Assembly (NCBI GenBank): GCA_019056785.1
Contig: DXJV01000087.1
Location: 34,707-98,706 of the forward strand
From: Candidatus Heimdallarchaeota archaeon
GTDB taxonomy: Archaea; Asgardarchaeota; Heimdallarchaeia; JABLTI01
Reading direction: 5' to 3'
DNA: 64,000 nucleotides
Positions within the stretch are counted from its first letter, which is position 1. Each line of letters opens with the position of its first letter. The position numbers and the translations under genes were made by a program. Positions 19,921-29,775 of this stretch are shown here, piece after piece. The notes under the pieces are model-generated. The model did not search any database. It was not told where the DNA came from and saw only the letters and a list, made by a program, of their open reading frames with translations.

Positions 19921-21222
19921 CTACTCTTTAGTGAGCGTTTTTTGTGAGGTTTTCACTTTTTCTTGGAGCAGAAGATTTAATGCATCATTCTCTCCTCCCA
20001 AAGCAAAGTTGAGGATTTCTGTGAAAAAGAAAGTGGGCAGTGGCTCTGGATTATACTCCCTCTGATGTACAGTATACATCATACTGCAATTCCCACAACC
20101 GAGGATTAATGCGTCCACAGAACGTGCTTTCAAAGAATCTATCCTTTTTTTACCAATCGCATAAGCAATCTCCTTATTATAAATTAACATAGAAGAACCA
20201 CAACAGAGTGTTTCGAAAGGATATCGTATTGACTTTATGGCGGTAAGCGAGAGCAAATTCCTGAGAAGATTAGAACCAATGGAAGCATTTGGTGAAGTTG
20301 GTGCCGGGCGGATAACTTGACAAGGAACTTGTGTTCCCACAGTCAGTTGTACTAGTTGTTGATTCTGCTCGGGTTCGATAAGTTGTTTCAAGCGCTCTTG
20401 TAGATCTTTGTTTTGTAGGAATTCAGAGAGATGGAAGATACGAACTGTTCCTGTATATTGCTTGTTAATTGTAGCCAAATAGTGATTCACTTTTTTAAGA
20501 AGAGATGGTTCTTGTAACAACTTTTGATTTACCCGCCGCAAATTGCCCGTACAACCCCCGCAAAGAGAAAGAATAGTTGTAATACCCCTTTCTTCAGCAA
20601 TAGCCAAATTATGTGCAGCTGAAACAAGCCATAGCAGTTCAGACTGTGACTCGGTCATAATAGAACCACAACAAACAAAGGGTAAATCAACAAAGGAAAT
20701 TTCCAATTGTTTCAATAACTCACGAGCAGATTTTTCATACTGTAAAACGCGATAGGGGATCAAGCAGCCTAAAAACAAAGCAATGGATGTTTGGAGGGGG
20801 GAGGCTTGAAGGTTCTTAGAAAAGGTTGCTGGAAGAGGAGGGGGTTGCTCTTCACCGCGAAGAATCTGTTCATACAAGTATGCTACTTCTTCCACCGGTT
20901 TTGCAGGCAGCTGTGGCAAGCCATACTCTTCTCGAACGGCTGCTAATTCTTTTGAAATGGGAAACAATGTTCCGAACTTTTTGAGTTGTTCCAGTGGTTC
21001 TCTCATCTCTTTTGAGTTCTGCTCTTTTGTTCGACGCTTTTCGATAGCATGTTGTCTTGCAGAATTTGAAGCACATGCATCTTCACAATAAAAGCAATTG
21101 GTACAATACCACACGTTACCCTTATCTTGCAATATCGGATAAGCACCCTCAGTTTTATCAGCTTGAGTTACAGGACAAGGAAGAAGTTTCTTCTGGTCCG
21201 CACAATCATCTTTTGGTGGCAT
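19921..21222 (-). CDS. Heterodisulfide reductase HdrC/HdrB-like Fe-S protein (two CCG domains)
   Basis: CTNCFYCEDAC, FLGC, CCGS twice, CGGC, CGNC. Confidence 0.85.
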   Translation of the reverse strand: MPPKDDCADQKKLLPCPVTQADKTEGAYPILQDKGNVWYCTNCFYCEDACASNSARQHAIEKRRTKEQNSKEMREPLEQLKKFGTLFPISKELAAVREEYGLPQLPAKPVEEVAYLYEQILRGEEQPPPLPATFSKNLQASPLQTSIALFLGCLIPYRVLQYEKSARELLKQLEISFVDLPFVCCGSIMTESQSELLWLVSAAHNLAIAEERGITTILSLCGGCTGNLRRVNQKLLQEPSLLKKVNHYLATINKQYTGTVRIFHLSEFLQNKDLQERLKQLIEPEQNQQLVQLTVGTQVPCQVIRPAPTSPNASIGSNLLRNLLSLTAIKSIRYPFETLCCGSSMLIYNKEIAYAIGKKRIDSLKARSVDALILGCGNCSMMYTVHQREYNPEPLPTFFFTEILNFALGGENDALNLLLQEKVKTSQKTLTKE

Positions 21223-21285
21223 GTCTAACGGCTAAATAAAAAGACTGCTAAGGTATAATTATTTCGATTCATTTTCCAAAGCAAG

Positions 21286-21588
21286 CTACTCGAGGAAAGC
21301 TTCAGATGAGAGAAGTTCATTGATTTCGTCACAAATTTGAATATTAATCGGGTGCTCTGCATCAGAAAGATAGAGTGTCAAACAGTCACGAACTTTCTTG
21401 ATTTCCGGAAAAAAGGTCTTGCCAAAATTTATTGCAGCGGTTAGTTGTTCACCGCCATGATGAACATAGGCATTCTCACCAATTCGTATATACCCGGCTT
21501 CTCGCAACACTTTTTGAAAAAGTTTCTCCATTTTCGTAGGATTCGCAATGAAGCATGTCACAATCATTGGGAATCTAATTCGGCTCAT
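21286..21588 (-). CDS. Hypothetical protein, possible ferredoxin-like (Cas2/VapD-like) fold
   Basis: 100-aa ORF from ATG 21588; KVLREAGYIRIGENAYV segment. Confidence 0.55.
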   Translation of the reverse strand: MSRIRFPMIVTCFIANPTKMEKLFQKVLREAGYIRIGENAYVHHGGEQLTAAINFGKTFFPEIKKVRDCLTLYLSDAEHPINIQICDEINELLSSEAFLE

Positions 21589-21766
21589 ATCGCACCCGTC
21601 CTTCAATTCAAAACAAATAACGATAATATATAATAACAAATTAAAAGATTAAAAACTATTTCTTTGGAAAACGCATAAAAAAGTTGCCAGGCGATTTTTT
21701 AAAGCCTTTTATGCCCAAAAAGTAAAAAAACTTATTTGATATGTCAAAAATACTGGACACTAGGAT

Positions 21767-23128
21767 TTGGTGTTATTTCCTATGAAACAAATTCAAGTAA
21801 CCCTTCCCTCTGAAGAGGCCGAGGAGCTGGCTGAAAGTTTAACAGAGGTTGTTTCCCCCTCTCAAATTAACCTCATCAAAGGTACAACTTCGAGTTTAAT
21901 TCTTATTACAGTCTTTCCCACACGAACGGGCTTTGTGATGGATTATTTGGATGACTTGGGGATCGGCCGGATTAAAGGGAGAATAACAATTACGGAGATT
22001 GAAGCAACAATTCCTCGAGTTCGCCCTCGAAAGCAGGACAAATTTTTACGCAGAATATCCATTGAAGAATTAGAACATAATGTAGTTAGTTTAGCAAAGA
22101 TAGATTTCAATTACATTTCCTTTATAATTTTATCATCAATAATAGCTGCAATGGGTCTTGTCACCGACAATAATATTACTTTGATTGCTTCAATGATCGT
22201 TGCCCCCTTAATGGGTCCCATTGTTGCAATGGCATTTGGTGCAGTGACTTCGAATCAAAAAATCTTGAAAGAAGGAACCATTGTAGAGCTTTGGGGGATG
22301 ATAATCTCAATAGGAATTGGTTTTGTAATTGGTTTGGCCTATCATTTCACACAGACTGAGCCAAGTACCTTTATTATTGCCCGTGGAGAACCCAACATTG
22401 TTGATTTGGTTGTGGCAATTGCTTCAGGGCTTACAGCCGGGATTTGTTTTGTTAGTGGCACTTCTCTTGCTCTTGTTGGTGTAGCTGCTGCGGCGGCACT
22501 CTTACCTGTAGTTGTTAATATTGGTATTTCTCTTGGAATGTTTGAATGGCGCCTTGCTTTAGGGAGCCTTGTCCTGTTCATTACCAACCTTGTCTCAATT
22601 CATCTTGGATGTATGATCATCTTTTGGATACGGAAAGTAGAACCACCAAAGGCAGTTAAGAGAGTAAAAGCGAAAAAATCACTTCGCGCACAATTATTTG
22701 CTTTTGGGATTCTCTTGCTCGTTGTTGCATTACCAATCACTCAAACGTCTATTCAAATTGGGAGAAAATGGCGCTACCAAAAAATCACTAATGATGTTAC
22801 AACCGAGATTTTGCAGCCCCTCGAAGGGGTAATCTTTCCGCCTGAGAAACTCGAGGTTTCAATAAGTGCAACTCTCACTCGTAATTATGTAGTGAACATT
22901 ACCATTCGGATTTTTTCATCGAAACAACTCCCCAATGGAACGAATTTGGCGATAAAACAAGAAATAGAGAATCGAGCGAAACATCCAATAAACTCACTTA
23001 TCTTAGAAGTAATTATAATTCAGGAGTTTGAACCTCTCGCATTACTTTCTACGCCAGAGATAACCGGCATTCTACCGCAACGAGAACTAAATGTAAATCC
23101 TTTTACCCGAGCGTTTATCCTTGGGTAA
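21767..23128 (+). CDS. TIGR00341/DUF389 family membrane protein
   Basis: IASMIVAPLMGPI, LVGVAAAAALLP, LFITNL motifs. Confidence 0.9.
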   Translation: MVLFPMKQIQVTLPSEEAEELAESLTEVVSPSQINLIKGTTSSLILITVFPTRTGFVMDYLDDLGIGRIKGRITITEIEATIPRVRPRKQDKFLRRISIEELEHNVVSLAKIDFNYISFIILSSIIAAMGLVTDNNITLIASMIVAPLMGPIVAMAFGAVTSNQKILKEGTIVELWGMIISIGIGFVIGLAYHFTQTEPSTFIIARGEPNIVDLVVAIASGLTAGICFVSGTSLALVGVAAAAALLPVVVNIGISLGMFEWRLALGSLVLFITNLVSIHLGCMIIFWIRKVEPPKAVKRVKAKKSLRAQLFAFGILLLVVALPITQTSIQIGRKWRYQKITNDVTTEILQPLEGVIFPPEKLEVSISATLTRNYVVNITIRIFSSKQLPNGTNLAIKQEIENRAKHPINSLILEVIIIQEFEPLALLSTPEITGILPQRELNVNPFTRAFILG

Positions 23129-23912
23129 TTCCTTCAACTGAAAGATTGTATTTTTTAAGGAGGAGAGCGATTTCCTTTAATTCCGTAATGGTTTGCACTG
23201 TTAATTTCTTACGGAAGAGGTGAGAGTTGAGAGTTGCGGCGGCGCGTGTAATGTCATGTTTTCGCCAAATATTCATCTCCGGGTCAGCTAAAAGGATAAA
23301 GAGCTTTTTCTTTTTCTTATCCGCTATGAGGAAAACATCTCGGTGCATGATCTCTTTGCCAATAAGCTCTTTTACCTCTCCTTTCTTAGTGACTGTGAAG
23401 ATTCGTGGTAAAACACCTTGGAAGAGAAGATTCATTTTCCGAAAGACAGTATGAAGATTTGCTGTTTGAAGGTCATAGTCGTAAACAATCTCACGAGAGA
23501 TGATGTTGAAATAGGGCTCTATCAATCCATAAGAATCTAATATTTGTCGCGTATGCTCGATATTATAAATGAGGAATAGGACACAAAAACGACCACAAGT
23601 GGCAATGCGTGTATCTTTAGAATCTTTGGCTTTAACCACAAAGGAAATGGCTAATGCCCGTAAAGATGCATGATCTTTAACAGGAAATGGCCCAAATTGT
23701 TGAATGGTTGAGCGTCTTTGTTCGTCATCCTCTATGTCATCAATAACATCTAAAGGATTATCCAAGCCAATAACGGTCATTCCTTTTATCGATAAAATCA
23801 TAGCCTCATCATCACCCAAGTGAGTATTATTGAAAACAATGTTAGGGCCGCTATCGCTAAAGGTTGAAACAATCATTCCAACAAGTTTGGGTTCGTAATC
23901 ATTAATATCCAT
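23115..23912 (-). CDS. Hypothetical protein: longin/uDENN-like N-terminus plus gelsolin-like C-terminus
   Basis: STFSDSGPNIV N-terminal hairpin; C-terminal DVFLIAD...LFIL...RKHDITRAAATL; ATG 23912 behind GAGGT. Confidence 0.6.
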   Translation of the reverse strand: MDINDYEPKLVGMIVSTFSDSGPNIVFNNTHLGDDEAMILSIKGMTVIGLDNPLDVIDDIEDDEQRRSTIQQFGPFPVKDHASLRALAISFVVKAKDSKDTRIATCGRFCVLFLIYNIEHTRQILDSYGLIEPYFNIISREIVYDYDLQTANLHTVFRKMNLLFQGVLPRIFTVTKKGEVKELIGKEIMHRDVFLIADKKKKKLFILLADPEMNIWRKHDITRAAATLNSHLFRKKLTVQTITELKEIALLLKKYNLSVEGITQG

Positions 23913-24258
23913 CAATTTATACCTCGAGAGATTCGGAAGGGTTTTTTTACCAGGTAAAGACAAATGTACACGCAATTATTATTTGCTAACTCTTTCTTTA
24001 TATGCCTTTTTAAAGGAGCATTCGTTAAAATAGCAATGAAGACTTTTAATTAATTGCCTTTAAGGATAAAAATTCCCAGAAAACAAACGAAGTTGTTAAA
24101 AAGCCAAAAAGGCTTTTGCCAGAACAAAAATACTTTAAATGAAAAAACAAGCTTAGTTAAAAAGGCGATGAAGTGTTTTCAAACATAATCTTGATAAAAC
24201 ACTTTAGCTTATAGTATTTATAACTGATTGAAAAAACTCAACGGATGGTTGATAAAGT

Positions 24259-24717
24259 ATGACTCTTGGAAAAATGATTCTAAAGAAAAATAAGGCGGTT
24301 TCGCCAGTTATTGCGACTATTCTACTTATCGCTTTGACTGTTACTGCTGCTGCTATTGTTTATTTTGTCGTTGTTCCGCTTTTGAAAGGAAAGCCTGAGC
24401 TTGTCCCACTTGACTATGATAAGGTTTCAGGAACAACTGATCGCTATCAAGTCGAAATTCAAAACACAGGTGGCGCAGAAGCAAACATTGTAGGGCTTGA
24501 CTCGTTCGACCTTACAAACACCACTGGTACTATTCATCCAGTAGCTGTGTACATTGGCACTGATCCAGTCAATTTCACATCACCCTATGTTTTGAACCCC
24601 AATGATTCAGTGACATTCATTTTAGACTTCGACACAGCTTTTACCTCTGGTGGAACCTACACTTTAACTATTCACTATGATGGTGGGAAGACTTTAGAGC
24701 TTGATTTTACTTACTAA
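24259..24717 (+). CDS. Archaeal type IV pilin (archaellin/pilin N-terminal domain)
   Basis: Class III signal peptide KKNKA|VSPVIATILLIALTV, then an Ig-like beta domain. Confidence 0.9.
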   Translation: MTLGKMILKKNKAVSPVIATILLIALTVTAAAIVYFVVVPLLKGKPELVPLDYDKVSGTTDRYQVEIQNTGGAEANIVGLDSFDLTNTTGTIHPVAVYIGTDPVNFTSPYVLNPNDSVTFILDFDTAFTSGGTYTLTIHYDGGKTLELDFTY

Positions 24718-24947
24718 ATTAATCTCTTCCCTTTTTTCTCTATTTTTTCTTTTTCTAATGCTTTTTTCTCAGTAAATTTTGCTTAGTTTTAAATAGGTGG
24801 AAAACAATCTTTTTAATAAAGAACATTAGTTGAATGCAGGTTGGCATTTCTTCTAAATAGAAATGAAAACACTCTCGCAGGAGACGGTTTTTAAAACAAT
24901 GACAATTAATGAAATATTAAATTAAAAAAGGGGAAAAATGAAAAACA

Positions 24948-26156
24948 ATGACAATTACTCCAACGACAATTGGGATTATTGTAGCAAGTATTGGCGTATT
25001 TTTTTTGTTGTTTCTGATTTTTATCATAAGTAGATACCGGAAATTCAAAACAAACGAATATGTGATTCGATTTAGAAATGGGAAAATCAAATCTGCAGGA
25101 AAAGGTGGTAGATGCTTCCTTATGCCGATCATCGATGAGATTGTGGTTATCCCGACTACTACACAACAAACCTTTTTAGAGGCACGAGAAAAAGTTCTCT
25201 CACGTGAGTTTCAAGACGTAGCAATTAATGCTTTTGTCTTTTGGAAAGTGGTGAAACCGGAAGTTGCCTTTACAGCAGTTTCTTGGGATCAGAAAGAAAC
25301 AGATTATATTGAAAAAATCATTAAAAATGCTGCTGAAAGTATCATCCGAACAACTTGTGCCAACATGCCACTGGAATCAATAATTCGGGATCGAGGGGAA
25401 ATCATCAGTGCAGTTTCAAAGGAATTACATGACTTGCTAGCAGATATGGGAATTGTCGTCATTTCTGTAGAAGTTCGAGATGTAGAAGTGTTAAATAATA
25501 ATCTCAAAAGTAATTTGGAAGCATCCAAACAAATTGCAGAAGAAGAAACCGCTCGACTCAGACGAGCGCAAATGGAAGAGGTGACAAGACTTCGAGACCT
25601 CGAGGTAAACCGGAAAACAGGCATTCAGGAACAAAGTGTTCAGATGGAAATCCAGCGAGAAGCGAAAAACAGAGAAATCCAAATCCAGAAATTGGAATTA
25701 CAACGAACAGCAATTGAAGCGGACACCTTAAAGAAAAAGGTTACAATCGAAGCAGAAGCAGAGTATGAAAAGATGAAACGCTTAGCTGAAGGTGAAAAAG
25801 CCAGATTGATCGCCAAAGCAGAAGGTGAAGCTGCAGCAGTGAAAGCGAATCTAGTGGCAGAAGCAGAAGGTATTCTGGAACAAGTAAGAGCATTGGCACA
25901 AGCAGACCCGAAATTCTTCCAACTCAAAATAGTCGAGATGCTACCAGAAATTTACAAGCAATTAAATGTAGACAAAATGTTTGTGATGGGAGATGGGCAA
26001 AAAGCCTTTTCGAGCCTTGCCGAATCAATTATTCCGTTTTTAACAGTATTACCTGAAATCACAGAAAAGAGTCTGGGCTTTACGAAAGAACTTGCTAAAG
26101 AAACAACAACTAAAAAAGACGCGGCAAAAAAGAAAGCAAAAGAGAAGGCGACATAA
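24948..26156 (+). CDS. SPFH/flotillin-like membrane protein
   Basis: N-terminal TM, band-7 domain, EAEA/AEGE coiled-coil tail. Confidence 0.92.
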   Translation: MTITPTTIGIIVASIGVFFLLFLIFIISRYRKFKTNEYVIRFRNGKIKSAGKGGRCFLMPIIDEIVVIPTTTQQTFLEAREKVLSREFQDVAINAFVFWKVVKPEVAFTAVSWDQKETDYIEKIIKNAAESIIRTTCANMPLESIIRDRGEIISAVSKELHDLLADMGIVVISVEVRDVEVLNNNLKSNLEASKQIAEEETARLRRAQMEEVTRLRDLEVNRKTGIQEQSVQMEIQREAKNREIQIQKLELQRTAIEADTLKKKVTIEAEAEYEKMKRLAEGEKARLIAKAEGEAAAVKANLVAEAEGILEQVRALAQADPKFFQLKIVEMLPEIYKQLNVDKMFVMGDGQKAFSSLAESIIPFLTVLPEITEKSLGFTKELAKETTTKKDAAKKKAKEKAT

Positions 26157-26285
26157 AAAAGATATGGAGGGATGATTTGGCTCTTAAAAAGAGCCTTTCC
26201 AATCTTTTTTATGAAAAAAATGAAACACTAAAAATTTAGTACAACAAAAGTGAAAAAATACTCAAGGGAAAAATATAGCTTGACA

Positions 26286-27158
26286 ATGTTTAACCGTTTA
26301 GTTAACCAACCTCTGATTCAAGCCCGGGAGTTGCTCCCATGGGAAGTCTATCTGAAAGGCTTTTGTATTGGCTTTCTTATTTTTGGTAGTATAGTTGTCT
26401 TGTTAGTTTTGATTACAATGGGTATTAGCACTGGACATGCACTAACTCATGAGTTTGATCACGGATTAAATCATGATATTACCACAGAGGTTAATGTTGA
26501 TAAAGATTTAACCATTGATAAGGACCTCTCTATCGATAAAGGTTTACCTTTTGAGAGGGAGCTTACTTTCGACAAAGAACTTTCTGTTGATAAGGATCTC
26601 ACAATTGATAAAGATGTCTCAATTACCCATGAGCTTAGTTTAGGTGAGGTTGACCATCTCCATGGGCCAATGGTTGTAGATAAAAGTGGTTCGGCACCGC
26701 TTCTTTTATTAATTGCAATTTTCTCAATTACTTTTGGCGGTTTAGGATTGTTGTTATTTTGGCAACAACCTGAAATGAATCCTTTTGCGCGACTAGCAAC
26801 TATTTTAATTACACCTATTCTTTTATCAATAATTGTTGATCTCCTCTGGCGAAAAATTGCTGTTTCTGAAACATATCGTCTTCCGACAAATCAAGAATTT
26901 ATCGGAAAAGAAGCAGTTGTGATGGTAGAAGTTGATGCAGAAGGGGGAACTATTCGCGTTGAATTACCCGATCAACTTGAGCCTTTGCGCGTACCGGCAA
27001 AAGCAGTGCACAAACATCAGAAATTTCTCAAAGATGAATTAGTTTTTATTGTAGGTATTGATAAGAACTTTTATCTTGTGGATAACAGCCGAGATTTACT
27101 CAAGGGAAAAAGTAAATTACAACTCTCAGAACCTGAAGAAAACGAAGACCAAGAGTAA
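26286..27158 (+). CDS. NfeD/YqiJ-like flotillin partner
   Basis: TM helices plus C-terminal OB-like domain (FIGKEAVV...GGTIRV); directly downstream of the SPFH gene. Confidence 0.8.
   Translation: MFNRLVNQPLIQARELLPWEVYLKGFCIGFLIFGSIVVLLVLITMGISTGHALTHEFDHGLNHDITTEVNVDKDLTIDKDLSIDKGLPFERELTFDKELSVDKDLTIDKDVSITHELSLGEVDHLHGPMVVDKSGSAPLLLLIAIFSITFGGLGLLLFWQQPEMNPFARLATILITPILLSIIVDLLWRKIAVSETYRLPTNQEFIGKEAVVMVEVDAEGGTIRVELPDQLEPLRVPAKAVHKHQKFLKDELVFIVGIDKNFYLVDNSRDLLKGKSKLQLSEPEENEDQE
26499..26642 (+). repeat. Eight degenerate 18-bp coding repeats (DKDLTI consensus)
   Basis: DKDLTI DKDLSI DKGLPF ERELTF DKELSV DKDLTI DKDVSI THELSL. Confidence 0.85.
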
Positions 27159-27192
27159 ACTTAAAAGAAAAAGAAGAGAAAGGCCCAAGCCT

Positions 27193-28089
27193 TCAGAGCT
27201 CCAAGTTTTTTAAGAAGGCCCGTAATTCTTCTCCGATCTCTTTATCCCGAAGACAAAAACTAACAAAGGCTTTTGCATAAAGTGGAAAAGAACCTGTATC
27301 GAATCGCTTTTCACTTTCTGCCAACTGTAAAGCAACGATTCTGCCTTCTTTGCGAAGCAAGTGCATTGCATCTGTGAGCTGTTTTTCGCCTCCCTTCCCA
27401 ACTTTCACTTGTTTAATATAGTCAAAAATAACTGGTGAGAACACATAACGCCCACAGATTGCAAGATTACTCGGAGCTTCTTTGGGCGAAGGTTTCTCAA
27501 TTAAGTCTTTGACTAAGTATTTCCCTTTTGTTTGTGTGCTTTTCTGCTCTTCCAAAAAAGGGCTTACAGCTAAAATGCCGTATCGATTGCAATGCTCTAA
27601 TGGGATTTCCTCAACTGAAAGTGCGCAAACAGCCTTTGCCTTCCTATGAAAGTCAATGAGTCGTGCAAGATGGATTGGGCTTTGGGAGGAATCGATAATC
27701 GTATCTCCCAATGCAACAACAAAGTTGTCATTCCCGACAAATTCCTTTGCTTTATAAACAGCATCAGCCAGGCCTGTTGGGATTGCTTGCCGGACATAGA
27801 ATATTTGCACATTCAAATTCTCCAGGGCTTCTAAATCATGTAGTTGATTTACTTTATTTTTTTTCTTCAAGTCTTCAAGAAGAATAGGGTCCCGGTCAAA
27901 ATGGTCCTCAATTGCCCGTTTGTTTTTTCCAGTAATAATTAAAATATCTTTAATCCCTGCAGCTTCCATCTCTTCAACAATATATTGGATGACTGGCTTT
28001 TTTGCTACTGGTAACATCTCTTTTGGTTGGGATTTTGTTGCAGGGAGCATTCTGGTTCCCAAACCCGCTGCTGGAATGACACCTTTCAT
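27193..28089 (-). CDS. galU: UTP-glucose-1-phosphate uridylyltransferase
   Basis: GVIPAAGLGTRMLPATKSQPKEMLP, LIEKP, QLTDA. Confidence 0.95.
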   Translation of the reverse strand: MKGVIPAAGLGTRMLPATKSQPKEMLPVAKKPVIQYIVEEMEAAGIKDILIITGKNKRAIEDHFDRDPILLEDLKKKNKVNQLHDLEALENLNVQIFYVRQAIPTGLADAVYKAKEFVGNDNFVVALGDTIIDSSQSPIHLARLIDFHRKAKAVCALSVEEIPLEHCNRYGILAVSPFLEEQKSTQTKGKYLVKDLIEKPSPKEAPSNLAICGRYVFSPVIFDYIKQVKVGKGGEKQLTDAMHLLRKEGRIVALQLAESEKRFDTGSFPLYAKAFVSFCLRDKEIGEELRAFLKNLEL

Positions 28090-28311
28090 ATAACTTTCAC
28101 AACCACTTTTCTTATTTTATTATTGAGATAAATTTCTCATCACCCATATATTAGAGAGGTTTATATCAATATAAAACTTCGGGAATTTTTTTATAAAGAC
28201 ACAAAATACCAAATTTTTTAGGTCTTGTAGAGCGACTATTAAACCGACAAAACCCAAACAGAAGCAATAAAGAAAGAAAAAGAAGAGGTTCATTGCAAAA
28301 AAGCAATGAAT

Positions 28312-29763
28312 TTATACGTCACGATTGTTGTAATTGACAGAGGGGTCTCGGTCGGAGGGATGGAAATAGTCGAGGATTTTATCAGAAATACGCTTAAGGT
28401 CCCGTTTTGGATTTGGGAACGCAGCAAGAAGATCCCAACCTATGTCCAAAGTCGCAAAAATCGACCGATTCTCATCTCTTCCTTGATTGATGAACTTGGC
28501 TTCAAATTCATCGGCAAATTTGAGATAGAGGTGGTCTTCTTCTGTCAAGGATTCTTCACCGACAACTGCAACTAAATTCCGGAGGTCAATACCTCGAGAA
28601 TAGGCATAATACAATTGGTCGGCGAGTTCTTTATGGTCTCTTCGTGTCAAACCTTTCCCAATGCCTTCTTTCATCAACCGAGATAAAGAGGGGCCAACAT
28701 TGATTGGTGGATAAATTCCCCGACGATGCAATCCTCTATCAAGAAGTACTTGTCCTTCTGTTATGTAACCAGAAAGGTCAGGCACAGGATGCGTCATATC
28801 ATCGTTTGGCATGGAAAGAATGGGCATTTGCGTGATGGTGCCTTTCTTCCCTCGAATCCGTCCGGCACGTTCATAAATACTTGCCAAGTCAGAATACAAG
28901 TAGCCAGGATATCCACGTCTTCCGGGCACTTCTTCTCTTGCAGCACCAATCTCTCGGAGTGATTCAGCATAATTTGTCATATCAGTCAAAATAACAAGAA
29001 GATGCATATCGCATTCATAGGCAAGATATTCCGCAGCTGTTAAAGCAAGGCGTGGAGTAATGATCCGTTCGATGGCAGGGTCATCTGCAAGATTAAGAAA
29101 GAGAACAACACGATCCAAAGCACCACTTTTTTGAAATTCGTTTCTAAAGAATTGTGCTTCTTCTGCCGTTATACCCATTGCAGCAAAAACAACTGCAAAT
29201 TCTTCTTTTTCACCCAATACAGTTGCCTGTCTGGCAATTTGTGCTGCTACTTCATTATGTGGCAACCCACTTGCAGAAAAGATCGGCAATTTTTGCCCTC
29301 GGATAAGTGTAAAAAGACCATCTAGTGTCGAGATTCCCGTTTGAATGAATTCTCGCGGGTACTGTCTTGCGTAGGGATTAATAGGTGAGCCAGAAATTGG
29401 CCACTCCTCCTTGGCAATGATCGGTGGTTGATTGTCAATGGGTTCACCTCTTCCGTTAAAGATCCGGCCAAGCACATCTACCGACACAGGTAATTTCATG
29501 GTTTCCCCTAAGAATTGCACCGTGGTATCTTTTACATCAATACCTGTTGTGCCTTCAAACAATTGCACGACAGCAATGTCCCTTGACACCTCAAGGATTT
29601 GGCCTGAACGTACCTCACCATTTGGGAGACGTACTTTTGCAATTTCGCCATACGAAACGCCGCCACGCCCTTTGAGGTTCACAAACAAGAGGGGGCCTGA
29701 AACCTCTGTAGCTGTCTTGAAGATTCGTTTTGAAAGTACTTTTTTGGTTGGTGTTTCTGTCAT
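28312..29763 (-). CDS. atpB: A/V-type ATP synthase subunit B
   Basis: [30 protein letters not shown]. Confidence 0.99.
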   Translation of the reverse strand: MTETPTKKVLSKRIFKTATEVSGPLLFVNLKGRGGVSYGEIAKVRLPNGEVRSGQILEVSRDIAVVQLFEGTTGIDVKDTTVQFLGETMKLPVSVDVLGRIFNGRGEPIDNQPPIIAKEEWPISGSPINPYARQYPREFIQTGISTLDGLFTLIRGQKLPIFSASGLPHNEVAAQIARQATVLGEKEEFAVVFAAMGITAEEAQFFRNEFQKSGALDRVVLFLNLADDPAIERIITPRLALTAAEYLAYECDMHLLVILTDMTNYAESLREIGAAREEVPGRRGYPGYLYSDLASIYERAGRIRGKKGTITQMPILSMPNDDMTHPVPDLSGYITEGQVLLDRGLHRRGIYPPINVGPSLSRLMKEGIGKGLTRRDHKELADQLYYAYSRGIDLRNLVAVVGEESLTEEDHLYLKFADEFEAKFINQGRDENRSIFATLDIGWDLLAAFPNPKRDLKRISDKILDYFHPSDRDPSVNYNNRDV

Positions 29764-29775
29764 TTTTCTTTTCTC

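Noticed and set aside
26499-26642. CRISPR array
   Set aside because: Degenerate in-frame 18-bp coding repeats without spacers; no CRISPR array was seen anywhere in the window.
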